A stretch of 64,000 nt of DNA, taken from an uncultured Acidobacteriota bacterium (GTDB lineage: Bacteria > Acidobacteriota > UBA6911). The DNA lies in NCBI GenBank assembly GCA_963809485.1, contig CAWEJX010000006.1, forward strand, positions 32,001 to 96,000. Direction: 5' to 3'. The translations under genes were made by a program, and so were the position numbers. Each line of letters starts with the position of its first letter. The stretch's first letter is position 1. The notes under the pieces are model-generated. The model was not told the origin of the DNA, ran no database searches, and saw nothing but the letters and a program-made list of their open reading frames with translations. Below are positions 1-8,167 of this stretch, one piece after another.

Positions 1-2
1 GA

Positions 3-1053
3 GTCTACGAGTATTCCACGGGGTCTCTAAGGGGAGGTCACGCCGTTCTGATCGTTGGATATACCGATGATCCGACGCGCCCCGATGGGGGCTATTTCAA
101 GGTTAAAAACAGTTGGGGAACCGGTTGGGGCAGCAGCGGCTATTTCCTGATCGGCTATTCGCAAATGAACGGGCCCGTTTATTTCGGCGAGTGGACCATT
201 GCGTACACGGCGCCGGTTTTGGTCTCGCCTCCGGAAGCGCCAGGCAGCTTGACTGCATCCGCGATATCCGCCAGCCGGATCGATCTGGCCTGGACCGACA
301 ACTCGGACGATGAAGACGGATTTAGAATCGAGCGCTGCACCGGTTCAGGCTGCAGCAATTTTTCGCAGCTGGCCACGGTCGGAATCGGTGTTACCTCCTA
401 CTCCAACACAGGTTTGACCGGAGGCACAAGCTATTCCTACCGGGTGCGCGCGTACAACAACGGAGGCAATTCGGCCTCTTCCAACACTGCAGGCGCGACG
501 ACTCAGGCGGTCCAGCCTCCGGCAGCCCCGAGCGGTTTAACAGCAACGGCGGCTTCCACCAGCCAGATTAATCTTGCCTGGACCGACAATTCGAATAACG
601 AATCCGGCTTTAAAATAGAGCGCTGCACCGGTTCCGGTTGTACCGGCTTCGCGCAAATAGCGACGGTTGGAGCGGGCGTCCGGTCTTACAGCAACACCGG
701 GCTTTCGGCAAATACAATCTACAGGTACCGGGTGCGTGCCTATAATGCGGACGCAAACTCCGCATATGCGAATGAAGCGGGCGCCACGACTTTATGCAGC
801 TGCACCATTTCACCTACCAGCAAAAGTTTCCCGGCTTCTGGGGGCACCGCTCAGCGTGACTGTTACTGCGGCCGCAGGCTGCAACTGGACGGTAAATGAA
901 AGCCTGTCATGGGCAAATAGCGTGATTGGGACAAGCGGCACCGGCAACGGCACGTACACTTACAGGGTTGACGCAAATACAACGCGCGCCCGCCGCGCCG
1001 GGACGATCAATATCGGGGGAAAGACCCACACCATCACACAGGCGAAGAAATAG
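3..1053 (+). CDS. 5'-truncated papain-family (C1) cysteine protease with two fibronectin type III domains and a C-terminal BACON-like domain; one frameshift near 850
   Basis: Frame from nt 3 reads GGHAVLIVGY...FKVKNSWGTGWGSSGYF (C1 catalytic His/Asn motifs) into ORF 165..899 (two P-AP-GL...LAWTDNS...YRVRAYN FN3 repeats). The BACON-like tail (SVTVTAAAGCNWTV...RAGTINIGG) continues in the 667..1053 frame. Confidence 0.8.
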
Positions 1054-1105
1054 CCGCAGCAACAGCATGGGAGGGCTGAAGTTCCTGCTGTTTAAAACGC
1101 TTCAT

Positions 1106-1139
1106 TTTGGAGGGGGCGGCCGGAAGGCCGCTCCCCAAA
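1106..1139 (+). terminator. GC-rich hairpin downstream of the protease gene
   Basis: GGGGCGGCC-GGAA-GGCCGCTCC stem-loop; no strong U tract on the + strand. Confidence 0.4.
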
Positions 1140-1447
1140 CAGCCTCGTTTCAACAAAAGGGCAATCCTGCGACCTTCAGCCGGGAGCACGTATGTCCGCC
1201 TGAACCGCCGTAGCAGGAATTTCAGCGGATTTAACCGCTATTCACGGTGTTAGGAAAATTCCATTCGCGTTGTAAGCAGGCCTTCCGGCTTCTGGCACTC
1301 CAAAAACATCTAATCCGCCATTCCTGTCTGTTTGCCGCCTCCAAAAACCCGTTGCGAATTTATCGCTCATCATAATCAGATCCAATTCGGGGCTTTTGGC
1401 GTGTTTACATCAGCCGTTGCGGAATCGCTGCCTTTCCCGATAACTCG

Positions 1448-1476
1448 TTGACGATTGCCTGAATATCTTTTAAAAT
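1448..1476 (+). promoter_or_regulatory. Putative sigma70 promoter of the FHL operon
   Basis: TTGACG (1448-1453), 17-nt spacer, TAAAAT (1471-1476), about 400 nt upstream of fdhF. Confidence 0.55.
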
Positions 1477-1879
1477 AGGTGATTTTGAAAATAAAAACAG
1501 GCTAAAGAAAAGGTCCATAGGGGTGCCCCGTAACATAAAGCACACGCATCAAAGCGGTTATAGCATCTCTAAGAGGGGCAATCGAATACATCGGCTTCCA
1601 GGGTCAGCTGCCGGAGGATCCCATGTTGGCTATGAGGAGACGCGATTTGAAACCCGCGGAAGCCATGTTATAGGGACTCCAAGCCGGCTGCAACCATATG
1701 CCGGAGCAAAGGTCGACAAGCTGGTGGCGCGGAAAATTTTAGTTCCTTTGCAATAGGGAAAAGCCTGGTCAATTTTTATGTCTTTGAGAACGTTTGGCTG
1801 GTAGCCGGGATGCTCTCACGGATCCAGCGCAGGGCATGGATTAAGGCCGATTCAAAATAAACGGGCCTGAGGAGGCAAG

Positions 1880-3925
1880 TTGAAGGAAAGGCAGCTGATA
1901 AGCTCGATCTGTCCTTACTGTGGATGTGGCTGCGGATTGTATCTTTGTGTTGAGGACGGAGTAGCCAAGAACATAGAATACATGGAGGACCATCCTGTAA
2001 CCGGAGGGGCTCTCTGCCCCAAGGGCAACGCCGCACTCGAGGTGATCTATCACCCGGAGCGGCTCCAATATCCAATGAAGAGACAGGGTGGTGATTGGGT
2101 AAAAATCAGTTGGGAAGAAGCGCTCGGCATGCTGGCGGATCAACTGGCGCGCATCCAGAAAACCCACGGCGCCGACGCCCTGGGCTTTTTGGCCTCAGCG
2201 AAATGCACGAATGAGGAAAATTACCTTTTCCAGAAATTAGCCCGGCTGATCGGCACAAACAATATCGACCACTGCGCCCGCCTCTGTCATGCCCCCACGG
2301 TGACCGGCCTGGTCTCCACACTGGGAAGCGGGGCGATGACAAACCCCATCCCCGACATCATCAACGCGAACTGTATTCTTATTATCGGCGCAAACCCCGC
2401 CGAGGACCATCCGATCATCAGCGGATGGATCTGGGACGCCAAGGAACAGGGCGCCAAGGTCATCGTGGTGGATCCGCGGCACACGCCCACCGCCTGGATG
2501 GCGGATAAATTCATTCAACTGAAACCAGGCACCGACATCGCCCTGATCAACGGCATAATCCACGTCATCCTCAAAGAGGGGCTGTATAACAAAGAGTTTG
2601 TGGAGGCGCGTACCACCGGTTTTGCCCAGATCCAGGAGCTTGCGGCCAAATACGATCCGGCGAGTGTCGAGAAGCTCACGGGCGTACCGAGCCATCAGCT
2701 TGAAGAGGTAGCCCGGCTTTATGCAAAATCGGCGGCCTCCTCAATTATCTACTGCATGGGGATTACGCAGCATTCCTCGGGGCACCAGCACGTTGTCAGT
2801 CTGTCCAATCTGGCGTTGATCTGCGGGCACATAGGGCGGCCCGGGACGGGCATGTTGCCGCTCAGGGGGCAAAATAATGTTCAGGGCGCTTGCGATATGG
2901 GCGGCTTGAACTCTTTCTTCCCCGGTTATGTGCGGGTTACAGATGAAGAGGGCAGAAGGCGGTTGGCCGAAAAATGGGGCGCAAAAGGCTTGCCTGGCGA
3001 ACCGGGGCTCACCGTGGTTGAAATGATCAATGCCGCCGGCGAAGGCAAAATCAAGGGCATGTACATCATGGGGGAAAACCCCGTTATCAGCGATCCGGAC
3101 TCCAATCATGTCGAAGAAGCTTTGAGCCGGCTCGAGTTCCTTGCGGTTCAGGACTTGTTCCTCTCCGAGACCGCCAAGCTGGCGCACCTGGTCCTTCCTG
3201 CTGCCAGCTGGGCGGAGAAGGAGGGGTCGTTTACGGGAACGGAACGGCGCGCCCAATGGATGCACAGGGCCATTGAGCCTCAGAGCGGCACCAAGACGGA
3301 CTGGCAAATCGTCAGCGAGGTCGCTAAAAGGCTGGGCTTCAATTTCAATTATGCCGGTCCACAGGATATCCTAAGGGAGATAAATGGGGTTGTCCCACAA
3401 TACGCCGGGATCACTCCGGAACGGATTTCACACCGGATAGGCGGCCTCACATGGCCCTGCCCTACCCCCGAACATCCCGGCACGCCCATTCTGCATGTTG
3501 AACGGTTCGCGACCCCGGACGGACTGGGCAGATTGATTCCGGTCGAGTATAAACCACCGGCGGAGGAAACAAACAGTGAGTATCCCCTGTTATTGACCAC
3601 CGGGCGGGTAGTGATGCACTACAACTCCGGCTCCATGACCAGGAGAAGCAAGGCCCTGCTTAAGCGAAGCCCCGGTCTGTTTGTCGAGATCAACCCGGGC
3701 GACGCCGAAACAGCCAAAATTAAAAACAATGAGGAGGTAAAAGTGCTGACCAAGCGCGGTGAGGCTTCGGCTGTGGCCAGCGTCACCGACAAGGTGCCTC
3801 CCGGCATAGTTTTCGTGCCTTTCCACTTTGAGGGAGCCAATGCCCTAACGATAAGCGCTTTGGACCCTGTAGCCAAAATTCCGGAATATAAGGTTGCCGC
3901 CTGCCGCATTGAAAAGAGGTCATAG
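1880..3925 (+). CDS. fdhF: Formate dehydrogenase alpha subunit (Mo/W-bisPGD, FdhF-like), Cys at the catalytic site
   Basis: CPYCGCGC 4Fe-4S motif, GTNNIDHCARLCHAPT (TGT codon at the Sec/Cys position), PLRGQNNVQGACDMG, molydopterin-binding C-terminus IPEYKVAAC; no Tat signal; GAGGAGG RBS before a TTG start. Confidence 0.93.
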   Translation: MKERQLISSICPYCGCGCGLYLCVEDGVAKNIEYMEDHPVTGGALCPKGNAALEVIYHPERLQYPMKRQGGDWVKISWEEALGMLADQLARIQKTHGADALGFLASAKCTNEENYLFQKLARLIGTNNIDHCARLCHAPTVTGLVSTLGSGAMTNPIPDIINANCILIIGANPAEDHPIISGWIWDAKEQGAKVIVVDPRHTPTAWMADKFIQLKPGTDIALINGIIHVILKEGLYNKEFVEARTTGFAQIQELAAKYDPASVEKLTGVPSHQLEEVARLYAKSAASSIIYCMGITQHSSGHQHVVSLSNLALICGHIGRPGTGMLPLRGQNNVQGACDMGGLNSFFPGYVRVTDEEGRRRLAEKWGAKGLPGEPGLTVVEMINAAGEGKIKGMYIMGENPVISDPDSNHVEEALSRLEFLAVQDLFLSETAKLAHLVLPAASWAEKEGSFTGTERRAQWMHRAIEPQSGTKTDWQIVSEVAKRLGFNFNYAGPQDILREINGVVPQYAGITPERISHRIGGLTWPCPTPEHPGTPILHVERFATPDGLGRLIPVEYKPPAEETNSEYPLLLTTGRVVMHYNSGSMTRRSKALLKRSPGLFVEINPGDAETAKIKNNEEVKVLTKRGEASAVASVTDKVPPGIVFVPFHFEGANALTISALDPVAKIPEYKVAACRIEKRS

Positions 3926-3927
3926 AG

Positions 3928-4431
3928 GTGAAGAAGGTTCTTTACATTGATATAAAGCGCTGTATCTATTGCCGCTCGTGTGAGGTTGCCTGTGAGCGTG
4001 AGCATGAGGGGCATTCACATATGAATGTTGTGCCTATCCATGGAAGGCACGCTGTCCCGATGAATTGCCGCCATTGTGAAAAGCATCCGTGCCTGACGGT
4101 TTGTCCAACGAAGGCCATCACGCGGGAAGAGGGCGGTCCTGTCATCATCCACACCATGAAATGCATCGGCTGCCGAATGTGCGCCATGGTGTGTCCGTTT
4201 GGGATTCTCAACTTTGACGTCCTTGGACGAGTCATGCGGAAATGCGACCTGTGCATTCATCGCCTCAGCGAAGGCAAAAACCCCGCCTGTGTCACCACCT
4301 GCCCGGCTCGCGCGTTGGTATTTGATGACTTCGATTCGATAATGTCGAGAACCAAGGAGAAAGCAGCCCACGCTGTAATCAGCGGAGTGGGGTCACAGCC
4401 GGGTACGGTGATCATCCCACCGAAAGGCTAA
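3928..4431 (+). CDS. 4Fe-4S dicluster electron-transfer subunit (HycB/HyfA/HydN-like)
   Basis: CIYCRSCEVAC, CRHCEKHPCLTVCP, CIGCRMCAMVCP, KCDLC...PACVTTCP. Confidence 0.9.
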   Translation: MKKVLYIDIKRCIYCRSCEVACEREHEGHSHMNVVPIHGRHAVPMNCRHCEKHPCLTVCPTKAITREEGGPVIIHTMKCIGCRMCAMVCPFGILNFDVLGRVMRKCDLCIHRLSEGKNPACVTTCPARALVFDDFDSIMSRTKEKAAHAVISGVGSQPGTVIIPPKG

Positions 4432-4459
4432 TCTAGAACTTAACGTGTAACTGAGGCAG

Positions 4460-6148
4460 ATGCTGTTTTATGCAAGATACCAAAAAAGTGCTGTCGTAAG
4501 AGAATCGGTTGACCAACTCGTCCGGAAATTCCCGCAAGCCGTTCTCAAAACCGAAATGGTGGATTCACAAACCGTTTCCGTAAACATAATCCCCTCCGCC
4601 ATCCAAGGCGTTTGCAAAGAAATTTACGACCAGGGCGCCCGATTTGTCTCCTCCGCGGCTACCGATCAGATCAGGAAAAACAACACGCTCGAGCTTAGCC
4701 ATTTCTTTTCTTTTGATGAGGAGCACCTGACCTGTATCGTCAAGACCCAGATCGATGCTGCAGCCCCATCGGCCCAATCCATTTCCTCCATTATCCCGGG
4801 GGCAAACTGGGCCGAGCGTGAATGCCAGGATCTGTTGGGGATTGAATTCGTTGATCATCCGGATTCAAGAAGACTCATTCTGGCCGATGATTGGCCGAAA
4901 GGGGTTCATCCGCTAAGGAAGGATTTCCCTTATAACTACAAGCCGCCATCGGCGCCCGAAAACGCAGTCATCCTTAAGGCGCCGGATCCCCCGGCAAGTG
5001 TCGTGCCAATCGGCCCGTTCTACCCGGTCCTCGAAGAACCGGCATATTTCAGGGTTTTCGTCGAAGGCGAAAAGATAACCGGTTGTGATTATCGGGGATT
5101 CCACAATCACCGGGGCATTGAAAAGTTGGGCGACAGCTCGATGACCTATAACGAGGTGTGCTTTCTCGCAGAGCGCATATGAGGGATATGAGGATATATA
5201 CACAGTACGTGCTACTGTGAGGCCATCGAAAACGCAGCAAACATAGAAGTCCCCCAAAGAGCCCGCTTTATCCGGACTCTGCTCCTGGAGCTGGAAAGAA
5301 TCCACAGCCACCTTCTCTGGCTTGGTATCGCCGGGCATATCATCGGCTTTGACACGATCTTGATGCAGGCATGGCGAGTGCGCGAGCCGATAATGTGGCT
5401 TTGCGAGCTCATCACCGGCAATCGCAAAACCTACGGCATGAATCTGGTCGGGGGCGTGCGGCGGGACATCACCAAGGAGCAAAAGCCCAAGATCCTTGAA
5501 GTCGTCGGCAAAATCGAGTCCCAGCTGAAGGAGATCATCGACGCTATTCTGGGTGACACGACTCTCCATCTGCGGCTCAAAGACGTGGGGGTTCTGACAA
5601 AAGAAACCGCGCGGCAATTCTGCCCCGTCGGTCCAACGGTGCGTGGTTCAGGCATTGCCATCGACAGCCGTGTGAACCACCCCTATGCGGCTTATTCAGA
5701 AATACCGCCTCAGGTAATAACCCAATCGGAGGGAGATATCTGGGCGCGAACCATTGTCAGACTGCTGGAAACGCTCGAATCTGTCAACATGGTAAGGCGA
5801 GCCGTGCAGGAAATGCCCGGTGGCGAGATTATGGCGGACGTCCAGGAAATCCCCCCCTGGCAAGAGGGCATCTCATACATCGAGGCTCCGCGCGGGGAGT
5901 GCATGCACTATGTGATAACGGGTCCCGATAACCGGCCTCACCGATGGCGCGTGCGGGCGCCCAGCTATATGAATCTGCAATCCGTTCCTGCCATGCTTAT
6001 GGGGTATTCCATCGCGGACGCGCCCATAATCATCGGCAGCATCGATCCGTGCTTTTCCTGCACCGAGCGGCTTGAGGTGGTGGACACCAGAACCAATAAG
6101 GCTAGGATTTACACCCAGAAAGAATTGCTGGCGCTCAGTAAGAGATAA
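4460..6148 (+). CDS. hycE: Group 4 [NiFe]-hydrogenase large subunit (HycE/HyfG-like, NuoC+NuoD fusion) with two in-frame TGA codons, predicted Sec241 and Sec244
   Basis: ORFs 4460..5182 and 5360..6148 share a frame and are joined by FLAERI*GI*GYIHSTCYCEAIE...ELERIHSHLLWLG. C-terminal motif DPCFSCTER is followed by a cleavable tail. 562 aa with read-through. Confidence 0.92.
5201..5219 (+). promoter_or_regulatory. Putative bacterial SECIS hairpin
   Basis: Perfect 7-bp stem CACAGTA/TACTGTG with loop CGTGC (G at loop position 2). The loop starts 16 nt after the second TGA and 25 nt after the first. Confidence 0.75.
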
Positions 6149-6153
6149 GAACC

Positions 6154-6675
6154 ATGCTGCTAAGCAAACTCAAAGAGGCGCTGATCTGTTTTAAAAACCT
6201 GCGGGTGACCTTGCCTTACCCCTTCCAGCCTGCGCCGCCTCCTCCGGGATTCAGAGGACGGGTGGAGGTTGACATCAATAAATGCATCGGTTGCGCCGCC
6301 TGCGCCGTAGCTTGCCCGCCAAAGCTGATTGACATCAAGGACCTGGATGGCAAGCGCATCCTTGAGTTTCGGATGGGGAGATGCACCTACTGTGCCCGGT
6401 GCGCCGAGGTCTGTCCCACAGTCGCCATCACCATGACCCCGGACTTTGAACTGGCTACCGATAACAAGGCCGACCTGAACATCAGCGTGGAGTTAAACAT
6501 GGTGAAGTGCGAGCACTGCGGAGATGCCTTCACCACCCAGCGCATCATGCACAAGCTGGTGGCTGAAGCGTCCAAAGAATTGGGCATGGAACCTGCCGAC
6601 ATGAAGTGGCTCCATTTATGTCCCGAATGCCGCGTTGCTTCGGAGGTTGAAAAAATGATGGAGGCGGAAAGCTAA
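6154..6675 (+). CDS. hycF: Hydrogenase Fe-S subunit (HycF/HyfH/NuoI-like)
   Basis: TLPYPF...FRGR, CIGCAACAVACP, CTYCARCAEVCP, C-terminal CEHC...CPEC. Confidence 0.88.
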   Translation: MLLSKLKEALICFKNLRVTLPYPFQPAPPPPGFRGRVEVDINKCIGCAACAVACPPKLIDIKDLDGKRILEFRMGRCTYCARCAEVCPTVAITMTPDFELATDNKADLNISVELNMVKCEHCGDAFTTQRIMHKLVAEASKELGMEPADMKWLHLCPECRVASEVEKMMEAES

Positions 6676-6678
6676 GGC

Positions 6679-8145
6679 ATGAATGGCTTAATGGCAAGCC
6701 TCATACTAATACCGATGGCAGGGGCTTTCCTCAGCTATCCCTTAAAGTCCCGTACGGGCGACAGGATACCGGCCCTGGCGGCCGGTATCACTTTTATTAT
6801 CGCGATCGTCTCAATAGTTTTGGGTTATCCCCGCACGAACCAAACCTTCGTAGGCCAACTCCCCTGGCTTGAAACCAAAGTCCAGCTCTTTGGATTTCTT
6901 CTGGATCCCCTAAGCTCATTAATGCTTATTGTAATCACCGCCATCGGCGTGCTGGTGGTTATCTATTCCTCCGAATACCTGAGCCCCAGAAACAAAGACC
7001 ACGCATATTCGGAGGCTAAAGGGAGTTACTACTTCTGGCTGCTGTTGTTTATTGGTTCTATGGTGGGTATCGCGGTCTCCCCGAGTTTTCTGCAGCTTTT
7101 TATGTTCTGGGAGATGACCACCATGTGTTCCTGGGCGCTCATCTCTTACCATAAGGACAGCAAGTCCCTGTTTAGCGGATTCAAGGCACTGCTTTTGACT
7201 CACCTGGGCGGTGCAGCGCTTCTCACCGCCCTGGCGATTCTTTTTGTGAACACGGGATCGCTGGCCTTCAACGCCCTGGACAGTCTGACGCCCAATACGA
7301 GATTGGCTGTCTTCCTGTTGATTGTGGTAGCCGCCTGGGCCAAGGCGGCTCAGATTCCGTTCTACACCTGGCTGCCCGATGCCATGGCAGCTCCGACGCC
7401 GATCAGCGCCTATCTTCATGCCGCTGCTATGGTCAAGGCGGGCGTTTACCTGGTAGCGCGGGTGGCCGTATCGAATGCCGAAATCCCTCACACTGGGGGA
7501 ATGATATTGGGCATCATGGCCGTGATCACCATGATTGTGGCCGTCATCATGTACTTTTTCCAAGACGACCTGAAACGGCTGCTTGCCTTTTCCACCATCG
7601 GGCATTTGGGCTATATCCTCTTTGGCGTCTCGCTTGGAATCATGGGCTCCAACACCGGCCTGCAAGGCGGCATTCTGCACATTATCAACCATGGCTGCGC
7701 CAAAGGCCTGTTGTTCCTGTCCGTCGGCGCTATAGCCTATGCTACGGGTTCCAGGAGCATAAAGGAGTTGAGTGGTCTGGGCAGCAAGTTGCCCGTGATT
7801 TCAATGGGATTTATCATCGGCCTTTTTGCCGTGACCGGAGTGCCGCCCCTCTCCTGTTTCTGGAGCAAGTTTATGATGTTCACCGGCGCTTTTGAAATTG
7901 GCGGAGTTGCCGGACCCGTTATGGGAGTGCTGGCGATAGCGGAAAGTCTGGCGGCCTTCGCATGGTACCTGCTGGTGGGACAAAAAGTGTTTTTTGGAAA
8001 AGTTTCGGAAAGGGCGGATACGGCTACCAGGAATATTTCACCGCTGATTACCGTGCCGCTGATCATTCTGATGGCATTATGCTTTTTGGCGCCCTTGATC
8101 GGATGGCCGTTCGTGCAATATCTGAAGATAGGAATATTTCACTGA
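6679..8145 (+). CDS. hyfD: Hydrogenase-4 antiporter-like membrane subunit D
   Basis: FWEMTTMCSWALISY, KALLLTHLG, AWAKAAQIPFYTWLPDAMAAPTPISAYLHAAAMVKAG, closely resembling HyfD. Confidence 0.85.
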   Translation: MNGLMASLILIPMAGAFLSYPLKSRTGDRIPALAAGITFIIAIVSIVLGYPRTNQTFVGQLPWLETKVQLFGFLLDPLSSLMLIVITAIGVLVVIYSSEYLSPRNKDHAYSEAKGSYYFWLLLFIGSMVGIAVSPSFLQLFMFWEMTTMCSWALISYHKDSKSLFSGFKALLLTHLGGAALLTALAILFVNTGSLAFNALDSLTPNTRLAVFLLIVVAAWAKAAQIPFYTWLPDAMAAPTPISAYLHAAAMVKAGVYLVARVAVSNAEIPHTGGMILGIMAVITMIVAVIMYFFQDDLKRLLAFSTIGHLGYILFGVSLGIMGSNTGLQGGILHIINHGCAKGLLFLSVGAIAYATGSRSIKELSGLGSKLPVISMGFIIGLFAVTGVPPLSCFWSKFMMFTGAFEIGGVAGPVMGVLAIAESLAAFAWYLLVGQKVFFGKVSERADTATRNISPLITVPLIILMALCFLAPLIGWPFVQYLKIGIFH

Positions 8146-8167
8146 TGAATCCACAGGGAAGCAGGCT

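Noticed and set aside
1500-1780. TPP, cobalamin or Moco riboswitch, or sigma-54 promoter, upstream of fdhF; ORF 1523..1756
   Set aside because: GGGGTGCCCC is present but the other conserved riboswitch elements are not. There is no correctly spaced GG-N10-GC motif I trust, and the ORF has no recognisable features.
5180-5191. Genome-wide UGA reassignment (Trp or Gly) as the explanation of the in-frame TGAs
   Set aside because: Many genes here end in TGA at expected positions (hyfD, hycG, cbiM, rpsR), Trp is encoded by TGG, and both TGAs align to Cys rather than Trp or Gly.
4460-6148. Two separate genes (NuoC-like and NuoD-like) or a pseudogene
   Set aside because: The break falls inside the Ni-binding motif, the intervening 60 codons are conserved HycE sequence in frame, and two independent nonsense changes at exactly these Cys codons plus a hairpin is unlikely. 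Not formally excluded without reads.
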